From a virus (Duplodnaviria; Heunggongvirae; Uroviricota; Caudoviricetes): a stretch of 20,348 bases of DNA. The stretch lies in IMG/VR virus record IMGVR_UViG_2728369592_000008. One strand, given 5' to 3'. A program made the position numbers and the translations under genes. Below the pieces are notes generated by a model that searched no databases, was not told the DNA's origin, and saw nothing but the letters and a program-made list of their open reading frames with translations. Position 1 is the first letter of the stretch. Every line of letters starts with the position of its first letter. This document shows, one piece after another, positions 7,946 to 16,979 of this stretch.

Positions 7946-10688
7946 TCTTATCCGTCAGGTTATCAGTGCGTCTGAAAACAACTGGCCTCATGTGCTGGGC
8001 TGCCTGAACATAAATGTCCCTGACTCTCCGCGCCGTCATGCTCCCTGCCCTGCATGTGGGGGCAAAGATCGATTCCGGTTCGATGACAACGGGCGCGGTA
8101 GCTTCATCTGTAATCAGTGCGGCGCTGGTGATGGGCTGGATTTAATTAAACGCGTAAATAACTGCGACACAACAGAGGCGGCGCTTCTTGCCGCTGATGT
8201 TCTGGGTATTGATTACCGGACAACGGAAACACCAGAAGCCACCAGCCAGAAACGGGAACAACTGGAAACCGAGCGCCAGCGACGCGAACAGGAGCGCCTG
8301 AAAAGGGCAGAGAAGGACGAACAACAAAGACGGGATACGTTTTCCCGTCAGTTTGATGACATGCGCAGAAAGGCTGTAAACGGCAAATCTGATTATCTGG
8401 TTGCGAAAGGGGTAGGTGATTTTACATTCCCCGTGTTGCCCGATGGATCTCTGTTGCTGGCGCTGGTGGATAAATCCGGCGCAGTAACAGCAGCACAGAC
8501 TATTACCTCACATGGTGAAAAAAGACTCCTGACAGGTTCAGCAAAGCGGGGGGCATATCACGCCATAAACGCACCAGAAACAACACAGAGCATCTTAATC
8601 GCAGAAGGTCTGGCAACGGCATTATCTGCCCATTTAATTCGTCCAGAGGCGCTGACAGTGGCGGCGATTGATGCCGGGAACCTGTTATATGTCGCCCAGG
8701 TACTGCGGGATAAATTTCCTTCAGCACAAATCATCATTGCTGCGGATAACGACCACAGCGAAGGAAGACAAAACACGGGGAGAATAGCAGCAGAAAAAGC
8801 AGCTTTATCTGTTTCTGGATGGGTGGCATTACCCCCGACAGATCACAAAGCAGACTGGAATGATTACCACCAAAAACACGGCATTAAATGCGCCACAGAA
8901 GCGTTCAATAAGTCAATGTACCAACCACAGGGTAATGGCGTGAAACAGGAGCCACAGACCATTGAGGGAAGCGATTTTAAGGTTATGGATACCGACCCAC
9001 TGAAACCAAGAATAGAAAGCCGCGAGGATGGTATTTATTGGGTATCTCCGAGAGCTGACAGCCAGAGTGGAGAAATCATCAATAACGAAAGCTGGTTATG
9101 TTCTCCGTTAAGCGTTATCGGTACTGGCAGAGACGATAAAGACCAGTATCTCATTCTTCGCTGGCTGTCGTTTGGTTCTGAAACGCCGACAACCGCTGCC
9201 ATTCCACTGGCTGATATTGGTGAACGTGAAGGATGGCGCACACTTAAAGCTGGTGGGGTAAATGTCACGACCAAAAGCAGCCTCAGAGCAATACTGGCAG
9301 ACTGGCTACAACGCAGTGGCTCTCGTGAATTGTGGCGTGTTGCTCATGCCACTGGCTGGCAATGCGGAGCGTACATCATGCCTGATGGGGAAATCATCGG
9401 AACACCTGAAAATCCTGTGCTGTTCAGCGGGAGAAGCTCAGCCGCAGCCGGATATACCGTCTCAGGGAGCGCGAAAAGCTGGCGTGATAACGTGGCGCGT
9501 CTGGCCTTTGGTAACTATTCAATGATGACCGGGATCGGCGCAGCACTGGCAGCGCCATTGATTGGGCTGGTGGGCGCTGACGGGTTCGGCATTCATTTCT
9601 ATGAGCAGTCGAGCGCAGGTAAGACCACCACGGCAAACGTGGCGAGCAGCTTATACGGCAACCCTGATTTACTGCGGCTGACGTGGTACGGAACCGCGCT
9701 GGGGCTGGCAAATGAGGCCGCCGCCCACAATGACGGACTAATGCCGCTTGATGAAGTTGGTCAGGGCGCTGATCCTGTCAGCGTTTCACAGTCTGCCTAT
9801 GCGTTATTTAACGGTGTAGGGAAACTGCAAGGCGCTAAAGATGGTGGAAACCGGGATCTAAAACGCTGGCGTACAGTGGCAATCAGCACCGGAGAAATGG
9901 ATTTAGAAACATTTATCGCTACTTCCGGGCGAAAAACCAAAGCCGGGCAACTGGTGCGACTGCTGAATATTCCGTTGAGTAAAGCAGTACGCTTTCACGA
10001 TTACCAGAACGGAAAACAGCACGCAGACGCACTGAAAGACGCTTACCAGCATCACCACGGCGCGTCCGGGCGTGAGTGGATTAAATGGCTGGCACACCAC
10101 CAGCAACAGGCTATTAAAACCGTTCGTGATTGCGAAAGCAGATGGAGAAGCCTGATCCCATCCGATTATGGTGAGCAGGTTCACCGTGTAGCCGCGCGAT
10201 TTGCCATTCTAGAGGCCGCATTGTTGTTAGGCGAGGTTGTAACAGGCTGGGATGCTCAGACATGCCGTGATGCGATACAGCACAGCTATAACGCATGGTT
10301 GCGCGAGTTCGGCACAGGTAACAAAGAGCATCAGCAGATTATTGAACAAACGGAGGCATTTCTTAATGCCTATGGGCTTAGCCGTTTTGCACCATTTCCA
10401 TACAGCCCGGCAGATTTGCCCATCAAAGATTTAGCCGGATACCGTCAGCGTGGAGAACATGACGAAAGCCCAATGATTTTCTACACATTCCCGGCCACAT
10501 TTGAAAAGGAGATCGCATGTGGTTTCAACGCAAAACAGTTTGCTGAAGTGTTGAAAAAAGCCGGGATGCTAACCCCACCAAACAGCGGTCGTGGATACCA
10601 AAGAAAATCACCACGTATTCAGGGACGACAAATAAACGTTTATGTACTCAATTACCAGCCAGGAGATTATAACTCATCTGAAGAATGA
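7932..10688 (+). CDS. Phage/satellite primase-helicase (zinc-ribbon + Toprim primase + P-loop NTPase)
   Basis: ~918 aa. Cys-rich zinc-binding motif PCPACGGKDRFRFDDNGRGSFICNQCG; Toprim-like acidic motifs (IAEGLATALS, IIIAADNDHSEGRQNTG); Walker A SSAGKTT near nt 9610. Architecture as in P4 alpha-like replication proteins. ATG 7932 preferred over the GTG at 7929. Confidence 0.85.
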   Translation: MRNIDLIRQVISASENNWPHVLGCLNINVPDSPRRHAPCPACGGKDRFRFDDNGRGSFICNQCGAGDGLDLIKRVNNCDTTEAALLAADVLGIDYRTTETPEATSQKREQLETERQRREQERLKRAEKDEQQRRDTFSRQFDDMRRKAVNGKSDYLVAKGVGDFTFPVLPDGSLLLALVDKSGAVTAAQTITSHGEKRLLTGSAKRGAYHAINAPETTQSILIAEGLATALSAHLIRPEALTVAAIDAGNLLYVAQVLRDKFPSAQIIIAADNDHSEGRQNTGRIAAEKAALSVSGWVALPPTDHKADWNDYHQKHGIKCATEAFNKSMYQPQGNGVKQEPQTIEGSDFKVMDTDPLKPRIESREDGIYWVSPRADSQSGEIINNESWLCSPLSVIGTGRDDKDQYLILRWLSFGSETPTTAAIPLADIGEREGWRTLKAGGVNVTTKSSLRAILADWLQRSGSRELWRVAHATGWQCGAYIMPDGEIIGTPENPVLFSGRSSAAAGYTVSGSAKSWRDNVARLAFGNYSMMTGIGAALAAPLIGLVGADGFGIHFYEQSSAGKTTTANVASSLYGNPDLLRLTWYGTALGLANEAAAHNDGLMPLDEVGQGADPVSVSQSAYALFNGVGKLQGAKDGGNRDLKRWRTVAISTGEMDLETFIATSGRKTKAGQLVRLLNIPLSKAVRFHDYQNGKQHADALKDAYQHHHGASGREWIKWLAHHQQQAIKTVRDCESRWRSLIPSDYGEQVHRVAARFAILEAALLLGEVVTGWDAQTCRDAIQHSYNAWLREFGTGNKEHQQIIEQTEAFLNAYGLSRFAPFPYSPADLPIKDLAGYRQRGEHDESPMIFYTFPATFEKEIACGFNAKQFAEVLKKAGMLTPPNSGRGYQRKSPRIQGRQINVYVLNYQPGDYNSSEE

Positions 10689-10710
10689 GCTTCTTCATGT
10701 GCGTAGAAAA

Positions 10711-10828
10711 GGTGTTGGTTCAGTTGGTTCAGTTGGTTCAATTTGTAAAGTGTATTGTTTTATAAGGATTTTATTCTTTTTATTGAACCAACACTGAACC
10801 AACAACACGGTATTTTGAACCAACACAA
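10711..10828 (+). repeat. Iteron cluster, putative origin of replication (three direct GTTGGTTCA repeats, AT-rich spacer, three inverted copies)
   Basis: GGTGTTGGTTCAGTTGGTTCAGTTGGTTCA at 10711-10740, AT-rich 10751-10781, then TTGAACCAACA-type repeats at 10782-10828; immediately downstream of the primase stop. Confidence 0.65.
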
Positions 10829-10874
10829 TGTGACTGAATTGATGCGCACAACACCTGGCTGGCATCAGAGAGTG

Positions 10875-10950
10875 TTTTACGAGACTTTCGTAAAATCCTG
10901 TGTACAAGGGCGTGACGTTTTTGAAAGTGAGCACTACGAAATTTTCGTAG
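10875..10950 (+). promoter_or_regulatory. Two palindromic sites sharing a TACGAAA/TTTCGTA half-site
   Basis: TTTTACGA-N5-TCGTAAAA at 10875-10895 and the perfect palindrome CTACGAAA-T-TTTCGTAG at 10934-10950. Confidence 0.4.
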
Positions 10951-11143
10951 TTCAAAAAACAGCCTCTGAGAAGTTGTTATGCCTGTTCAGCAAACCATCC
11001 GCATAGCTGATCGCGAATCAAATTACCAATGGAGCCAGAAGCAAGGGCAGAACTGAAAAGCGCCTGCCGTGAAGAGTAATGCGACACCATAAATATAGTT
11101 TTTAGAGTCCATAAAAAACCTGTCAAAACCTGACACACAGAAC

Positions 11144-11177
11144 GATGCCACCAGCTACTGAGCGGTGGCATTTTTTT
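11144..11177 (+). terminator. Rho-independent terminator closing the primase transcription unit
   Basis: Stem TGCCACC (11146-11152) / GGTGGCA (11164-11170) followed by TTTTTTT (11171-11177). Confidence 0.65.
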
Positions 11178-11273
11178 GTGCTATTTGTTTCATATTTTGC
11201 AATTACTATGATGAATATTGCGATTTGTGAAACTATAATAACTGTTGTTTTATACAGTTCTAAGGGGGGCGTT

Positions 11274-11435
11274 ATGGCTATTTCAGTAAAGCCGGTATTG
11301 ATAAGTGAGAAGCAAATGGAAGCGATAAAGAAAATTCAGGAAGAGCAGCGTAAAAAATCAGGAATTGGAGTAGCGCCAACTCTGCATGAAATTGCACGAG
11401 GGTTAATAGATAAGGCGCTGGCAGGCTGTATGTGA
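11274..11435 (+). CDS. Small hypothetical protein (53 aa), first gene of the cargo operon
   Basis: ATG 11274 preceded by AAGGGGGG; the listed longer ORF (from 11145) would read through the terminator and is rejected. Confidence 0.45.
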   Translation: MAISVKPVLISEKQMEAIKKIQEEQRKKSGIGVAPTLHEIARGLIDKALAGCM

Positions 11436-11451
11436 AAATGGATGGCATCGC

Positions 11452-11913
11452 ATGGAACTAAAATTTATTGATAACCCTGTGCGATTACAGGCCTTTCTTA
11501 ACGAGCCAGGCAATACCGAAAATATTGTTGAGCCGGGGCACACGTACTACATCAAGCCTGATGCGGTATATCTCGGCATCTACGAAGGATTGGTGCTGGC
11601 TGGCGTTCATGAAGTGCGTAACTTCTGGCATAGCATTGTTGAATGCCATGCGGTGTACGACCCCGGATTCCGTGGTGAATATGCACTGCAAGGGCATCGA
11701 TTATTCTGCAAATGGCTTCTCGAAAACTCACCATTCCTTAACAGCATTACCATGGTTCCTGACACCACCAAATACGGACGGGCAATTATCCGTTTGCTTG
11801 GCGCTACCCGTGTTGGTCACCTTGATGATGCTTATATCAGATGTGGTAAACCCGTCGGCGTAACGCTTTATCAGTTAACTCGGCAACAATATAAGGAATT
11901 CAGCGAATGTTAA
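11452..11913 (+). CDS. Hypothetical protein (153 aa); possibly a P22 gp14-like virion protein by position
   Basis: ORF directly upstream of, and overlapping, the next gene; the call is by position and size only. Confidence 0.5.
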   Translation: MELKFIDNPVRLQAFLNEPGNTENIVEPGHTYYIKPDAVYLGIYEGLVLAGVHEVRNFWHSIVECHAVYDPGFRGEYALQGHRLFCKWLLENSPFLNSITMVPDTTKYGRAIIRLLGATRVGHLDDAYIRCGKPVGVTLYQLTRQQYKEFSEC

Positions 11914-12584
11914 TTACCCACATAGCTCATAAACATCTCAATCGTGCCGTATACGAAAAAGGCGGTGATGGTGGTGCCTCTAAAGCTCAGGCGAAGGCCC
12001 AGCAGCAGGCAATTGATTTGCAGCGCGAGCAGTGGAATACGGTGATGAATAATCTCAAGCCGTATGCAGAAGTCGGATTGCCTGCTTTACAACAACTACA
12101 AGGACTGATGACTCTGGAAGGGCAGAATAAAGCCGCGAATGATTTCTTTGGTTCTGGTTTATATAAAACACAGGCAGATCAGGCCCGTTATCAGAACCTT
12201 GTCTCAGCAGAAGCTACCGGGGGGCTTGGCTCAACAGCTACCAGTAACCAGTTATCTTCCATTGCGCCCATGCTTTATAACAATTGGCTTAGTGGGCAAA
12301 TGCAAAATTATGGAAACCTGCTAAATGTCGGGATGAATGCGGCATCAGGGCAGGCAACAGCAGGGCAAAACTACGCCAATAATACCGGGCAACTCTTGCA
12401 GGGGCTTGGCGCTATTCGTGCAGGTCAGGCGCAGCAGCCATCCAGTCTTGCGCGTGGTATTGGTGGGGCGGCATCAGGCGCTTTAGCGGGTGCGCAACTT
12501 GGTTCCGTTGTTCCGGGTATAGGTAATGTCGCCGGGGCTATTGGTGGTGGGCTTATTGGTCTTGTTGGGGGGCTTGGATTCTAA
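11907..12584 (+). CDS. Gly/Gln-rich protein with C-terminal glycine-zipper hydrophobic tail; possibly P22 gp7-like ejection protein
   Basis: 225 aa; RBS AAGGAA; C-terminus GIGGAASGALAGAQLGSVVPGIGNVAGAIGGGLIGLVGGLGF; size and position match the first ejection protein of P22-like phages (from memory). Confidence 0.5.
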   Translation: MLITHIAHKHLNRAVYEKGGDGGASKAQAKAQQQAIDLQREQWNTVMNNLKPYAEVGLPALQQLQGLMTLEGQNKAANDFFGSGLYKTQADQARYQNLVSAEATGGLGSTATSNQLSSIAPMLYNNWLSGQMQNYGNLLNVGMNAASGQATAGQNYANNTGQLLQGLGAIRAGQAQQPSSLARGIGGAASGALAGAQLGSVVPGIGNVAGAIGGGLIGLVGGLGF

Positions 12585-14005
12585 TGGCGACATGGCAACT
12601 TGGCGGGCTGCCTAGCATGGCACCGCAAAATGATAATGCTCCTCGTTCTTCCGTTCCTCAGCCTGTGCAGTATCAGCAGCAGCCAAACGTAGGTTTAATG
12701 GCGCTACAGGGGCTAAGAGGCGTTGCTGAGATTAATCAGCAGGCACGTCAACAACAGCGTAAAGCAGAGTTTCAGAAAGCATATGCCGGGGCTTTTGAGT
12801 CTGGAGACAGAAACAAAATGCGCAGTCTTATTTCTGAGTATCCAGAAGAATTTGAAAGCGTTCAGAAAGGGATGGGCTTTATTGATGACGACCAGAGAAA
12901 TTCTATTGGTCATCTTGCGACTAGTGCTCAAATCGCATCTTCGCTCGGAACTGGGGCATTTGGAAAATTCATAGCAGATAACGAAGATGAAATGCGTCGC
13001 TTGGGAATTTCTCCTGAGTCTGTTGCCGAAATGCATGTTAATGATCCACAGGGATTCCAGCGGCTTGCTGGTAGTATGGCACTGTTTTCTCTCGGTCATG
13101 AGAAGTATTTCGATATCAAAGATCAAATGGAAGGTCGGGATATTGAGCGTGGCAAGTTGGCAGAAACAATCCGCAGCAATCAGGCTGGCGAAGCACTTCA
13201 GGCGAGAGGGCAGGATATTAGCCGAGCAAATGCGTTAACGTCAGCATATGCACCAACAGCAGCAATGCAGAATTACAATCAGTACGCTCAAATGTTAAAG
13301 GAGGATCCAGAGGGGGCGGCGGCATTTGCGGCAGCGGCTGGAATTAATACAAACGCCAAAAAATTAATGAGTGTTAGAGAAAACGATGATGGCACTGTCA
13401 CAAAATACTACACAGACGGAAGTGAAGAGCAGGGAAAACTAAACCAGCCAATATCTGGAGATGGGTTTCGTCCAATAGCTTTGCCAACAGCCCAAAAGAT
13501 CATGGAAAAGTCGCCAGAAGGGGCTAAAAAAGCTGCTGGATTTGCATACAGGGTTAGGGATGCTCTTGATTCAATAGATACACTGAAAGACCAGCTTAGC
13601 CCACAGCGAGTGGCGATCATTAATAATGCTTTGGGTAATGGGACGCTGGCTAACTTAACGCTCAGCCCAACAGAGCAGCAATACGTTGTTAATGCTAATG
13701 ACGCAATAATGGCAATACTCCGTCAGGAAACAGGGGCAGCTATCGTACCTGCTGAAATGTCAAAATATTATCAAATGTATTTCCCTCAGCCTGGCGACTC
13801 CACAAAAACCATTGATACCAAGCGCCGGAAGATGGAAAACCAGTTCAATTCGCTGAAAGCTGCTTCTGGTCGAGCTTATGATGCTTTGCGGGTTATTTCA
13901 GCAGTTGACAGAGGAACTTCTTCTTCGTCGCAGACATTGCCGCAATCTGAGCAGGTATCACAGCCAGCAGCCAGCAGTAACTTTTCTTCACTATGGGGTG
14001 ATTAA
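12584..14005 (+). CDS. Hypothetical protein (473 aa); possibly P22 gp20-like DNA-transfer/ejection protein
   Basis: ATG overlaps upstream stop (TAATGG); size and order consistent with the middle ejection protein of P22-like phages. Confidence 0.5.
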   Translation: MATWQLGGLPSMAPQNDNAPRSSVPQPVQYQQQPNVGLMALQGLRGVAEINQQARQQQRKAEFQKAYAGAFESGDRNKMRSLISEYPEEFESVQKGMGFIDDDQRNSIGHLATSAQIASSLGTGAFGKFIADNEDEMRRLGISPESVAEMHVNDPQGFQRLAGSMALFSLGHEKYFDIKDQMEGRDIERGKLAETIRSNQAGEALQARGQDISRANALTSAYAPTAAMQNYNQYAQMLKEDPEGAAAFAAAAGINTNAKKLMSVRENDDGTVTKYYTDGSEEQGKLNQPISGDGFRPIALPTAQKIMEKSPEGAKKAAGFAYRVRDALDSIDTLKDQLSPQRVAIINNALGNGTLANLTLSPTEQQYVVNANDAIMAILRQETGAAIVPAEMSKYYQMYFPQPGDSTKTIDTKRRKMENQFNSLKAASGRAYDALRVISAVDRGTSSSSQTLPQSEQVSQPAASSNFSSLWGD

Positions 14006-16110
14006 TGGCTAAAGCATGGAAAGATGTTATCGCCTCTCCACAGTATCAGGCGTTAGCACCAGAACAAAAAGCGCAGGCTCAGGAGCAATACTTCAATGAA
14101 GTCGTTGCCCCGCAAGCCGGAGAAAGTGTAGAGCAGGCTAAGCAGGCTTTTTATGCTGCCTATCCACTACCATCAACGAATGAAATAGACCGAGCCCAAT
14201 CAGCAACTCAAAATATTCAACATACATCATCTGATAATTCTCTTGCGTCAGGGTATGCAAAGTTAGCTACTCAGCAAAGAGAGGGGCTTGAGCGTTCAGC
14301 AGAACAGGGAGCCAGCCTTGGGGCTGCGATGCGCGATGCTATAACAGGCGAAAGCCGAATGACTCCAGAGATGGAGAGACTGCAAAATGTCGACCTTGCC
14401 CCAGAGTTAACCTCACTCAGCATGGATGCTCTAAAAGCTCGATGGTCTCAACTTTTCGGCTCTGACGCATCTCAGGAAAAGATTCTTCAGAGCATGGGAG
14501 CGAAATTAAGGCAGGATGAGAAGGGTAACACTATCGTTTCCCTGCCATCCGGTGATTATGCTCTGAACAAGCCGGGTTTATCGCCGCAAGACGTGGCATC
14601 GTTTCTGGCTAATGCGCTGGCGTTTACACCAGCGGGCAGGGCCGGAACGGTGCTGGGGGCCATAGGGAAATCAGCAGCTACAGATTTAGCACTACAGGGA
14701 GCCACCAGCCTCGCTGGTGGAGAAGATATTGATCCGTTACAAACGGTAATTTCTGCTGGCATTGGTGGTATTGGTAAGGGGCTGGAAAATACAGCGAGTG
14801 CGGTTTCGAGGGCTGTTCGTGGTGATATGTCGCCTGAAGCAAAGGCTGCTGTCGACTTTGCATCGGAAAGAAATCTGCCGTTAATGACCAGTGACATGCT
14901 GAAAGATAAAACCTTTATGCAGAGTCAGGCTCAGACATTAGGCGAAAGAGTTCCTTTTTTTGGAACCGGTAAGAATCGGCTGAATCAACAACAAGCACGA
15001 GAAAATTTAGTCAGAACATTTAGCGATGGTCTGGGTGGCATTTCTGATAAACAGCTTTATGAATCTGCGACTAAAGGGCAACAAAAATTCATTGAGGCAG
15101 CAGGAAAGCGATATAACCGCATAATTGACGCTATGGGGGATACCCCTGTCGATCTCTCAAACACGGTAAAAGCTATCGACAATCAGATTGCTGTGTTAAG
15201 CCGCCCGGGTAAATCTCAGGATAGAGCCGCGGTAAAAGTCTTGCAGCAATTTAAAGACGATATCACCAGCGGACCAAATGACCTGCGTCTGGCGAGGGAA
15301 AACAGAACCGATCTTCGAAAGCGGTTTATGGCGTCATCTGACACTGTTGATAAAGATACGCTCCAGAAAGCCAGCGATATTATCTACAAGGCATATACGG
15401 CGGATATGAAAAAAGCCGTAGCCAAAAATCTTGGAGCAGACGAAGCCATTAATATGGCAAGGGTTGATCGCTCATGGTCTAAATTCAATGACATGATGGG
15501 AAGAACGCGCGTTCAAAAGGCAATAGCCAGCGGCAAGGCCACGCCTGAGGATGTAACAAAACTCGTTTTTAGCCAAAGCCCATCAGAACGTTCTCAGCTT
15601 TACAGGCTTCTGGATGACAATGGTAGGCAAAACGCACGAGCAGCCATAGTTCAGAATGCTGTAGATAAGGCGACTGATCCGTCTGGAAATATCAGTGTTG
15701 AGAAGTTTATTAATGCGTTACACCGGAACAGGAAGCAATCAGCAACTTTCTTTAAAGGCGTACATGGAAAGGAACTGGACGGCGTTATTAAATACCTCAA
15801 CGATACAAGACACGCGGCAAAAGCGAACGTTCAAAACTTAAATGGTCAGCAGCTTTATGGATTGTTAGTTGGTGGTGGCATCATAAACGCAGCAGTATTA
15901 GCGGGGATGCTAAAAACGGCTGCGTTTGTTGTTCCTGCTGCTGGTGCCGTAGGCGGAGCCGCGAAGGCATACGAAAGCCCTGTTATACGAAATGCCTTGT
16001 TACGTTTGGCAAATACGCCAAAAGGTAGCACAGCATATGACAGAGCGATCAGTACGGTCACACAATCGCTCACCAGAGTCGCACAGGCATCACAAAAAGA
16101 AGCTCAATAA
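14005..16110 (+). CDS. Hypothetical protein (701 aa) with C-terminal hydrophobic hairpin; possibly P22 gp16-like DNA-transfer/ejection protein
   Basis: ATG overlaps upstream stop; Ala/Gln/Lys-rich; hydrophobic stretch LLVGGGIINAAVLAGMLKTAAFVVPAAGAVGGAA near the C-terminus. Confidence 0.5.
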   Translation: MAKAWKDVIASPQYQALAPEQKAQAQEQYFNEVVAPQAGESVEQAKQAFYAAYPLPSTNEIDRAQSATQNIQHTSSDNSLASGYAKLATQQREGLERSAEQGASLGAAMRDAITGESRMTPEMERLQNVDLAPELTSLSMDALKARWSQLFGSDASQEKILQSMGAKLRQDEKGNTIVSLPSGDYALNKPGLSPQDVASFLANALAFTPAGRAGTVLGAIGKSAATDLALQGATSLAGGEDIDPLQTVISAGIGGIGKGLENTASAVSRAVRGDMSPEAKAAVDFASERNLPLMTSDMLKDKTFMQSQAQTLGERVPFFGTGKNRLNQQQARENLVRTFSDGLGGISDKQLYESATKGQQKFIEAAGKRYNRIIDAMGDTPVDLSNTVKAIDNQIAVLSRPGKSQDRAAVKVLQQFKDDITSGPNDLRLARENRTDLRKRFMASSDTVDKDTLQKASDIIYKAYTADMKKAVAKNLGADEAINMARVDRSWSKFNDMMGRTRVQKAIASGKATPEDVTKLVFSQSPSERSQLYRLLDDNGRQNARAAIVQNAVDKATDPSGNISVEKFINALHRNRKQSATFFKGVHGKELDGVIKYLNDTRHAAKANVQNLNGQQLYGLLVGGGIINAAVLAGMLKTAAFVVPAAGAVGGAAKAYESPVIRNALLRLANTPKGSTAYDRAISTVTQSLTRVAQASQKEAQ

Positions 16111-16128
16111 CTGGTAGCCATGGATGGC

Positions 16129-16743
16129 TTAGATATCTCTGCTGTCTCCATTAGGAAATAAAAGATAATATGGATTTGCCTTTCTTGCTCTCCTTGCTTC
16201 ACCTGGATACCTGTTAGTCAGTAGTTTGCATAATGAGCAGAGAACAACACTCAAGAAAATTCCGAATGAGAAGATCAATATCTCACCAAAAATCAATGGC
16301 GATATTAAATTTTCAGGATTTAATGATAAGTCAATGTTAAAAACATATTGAGCAATACCAGTAAGTATCAATAATATAATCCCTATGGAATACATTGCTG
16401 TTTCCCAAACATCAGACAGTCTATTTTTGAATTGTTCGCTGGAGTAGTAGTTTGTTATAAAGTCAGAAAAATCACTCTCATATGCATCATCTTTAGGTGA
16501 TGTTAGAAATCCTCTGTCTCTCCATACCTTCTCCCAATTAGTCGATTCTTTTTTTAAGGAAAAATAAATATGTATTGCCAAAAGGATAGCCAAAATTGGT
16601 GTTAGCTCTAAAAAATAGAATGTTATGGAATAAATAATACTGCCATGTTCAAACTCATCTGGGACTATCATGTATGCACAAAAATAAATTGAAAAGTACA
16701 CCATGCAGATAGTTAGCAATTCTTTAGTATCTTTTCTGCTCAC
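16129..16743 (-). CDS. AT-rich polytopic inner-membrane protein (about four predicted TM helices); candidate superinfection-exclusion or defence effector
   Basis: 204 aa, GTG start with AAGGGGG RBS; hydrophobic segments at roughly aa 9-27, 36-61, 116-135, 147-176; visibly lower GC than flanking genes; convergent with the upstream operon. Confidence 0.55.
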   Translation of the reverse strand: MSRKDTKELLTICMVYFSIYFCAYMIVPDEFEHGSIIYSITFYFLELTPILAILLAIHIYFSLKKESTNWEKVWRDRGFLTSPKDDAYESDFSDFITNYYSSEQFKNRLSDVWETAMYSIGIILLILTGIAQYVFNIDLSLNPENLISPLIFGEILIFSFGIFLSVVLCSLCKLLTNRYPGEARRARKANPYYLLFPNGDSRDI

Positions 16744-16960
16744 ACCAACCCCCTTTAGCGTTGTTTAGAATGGCAATCATCATATATCCAAGACATGGCA
16801 TTTGGTACATAGCTTGGGTCGGGATTTCAAATCCGATCCCCGTTGATGGGGCCGTTACAGTACGCGCATATCCGCTTTATGTGAAACAGGAAGATTTTTC
16901 TGATATCACTGCCACAGCAAAACACCAATTTCGTGACCAGTACGCGCGCGAGGGGTATCA

Positions 16961-16979
16961 GTTGCAAAAATTTTGCAAC
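16961..16979. promoter_or_regulatory. Perfect 19 bp palindrome GTTGCAAAA-A-TTTTGCAAC flanked by GACCAGTACGC direct repeats
   Basis: Palindrome at 16961-16979; GACCAGTACGC at 16934-16944 and 16987-16997; related CAGTACGCGC motifs near 16858 and 17225. Confidence 0.45.

Noticed and set aside
8142-10434. Multiple 60-95 aa ORFs on both strands inside the primase gene
   Set aside because: All are embedded in a long, motif-supported CDS and are typical alternative-frame shadows.
10711-10828. Repeated 9-mers could be mistaken for a small CRISPR array
   Set aside because: Repeats are only 9 bp, occur in both orientations and have no regular unique spacers; the iteron/origin interpretation fits much better.
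10695-11171. ORFs 10755-11006 (+), 10695-10955 (-) and 10977-11171 (-) in the origin region
   Set aside because: They run through iterons and palindromes, lack RBSs and have low-complexity translations; most likely non-coding.
11145-11435. Longer 96 aa version of the first cargo ORF
   Set aside because: Its N-terminus would be translated from the terminator hairpin and T-run; the internal ATG at 11274 with a strong RBS is preferred.
16815-16845. tRNA-like T-arm fragment (GGGATTTCAAATCC)
   Set aside because: The palindrome leaves a 1-nt loop, no acceptor or anticodon arms are evident, and it does not match the thrW repeat; treated as a DNA palindrome only.
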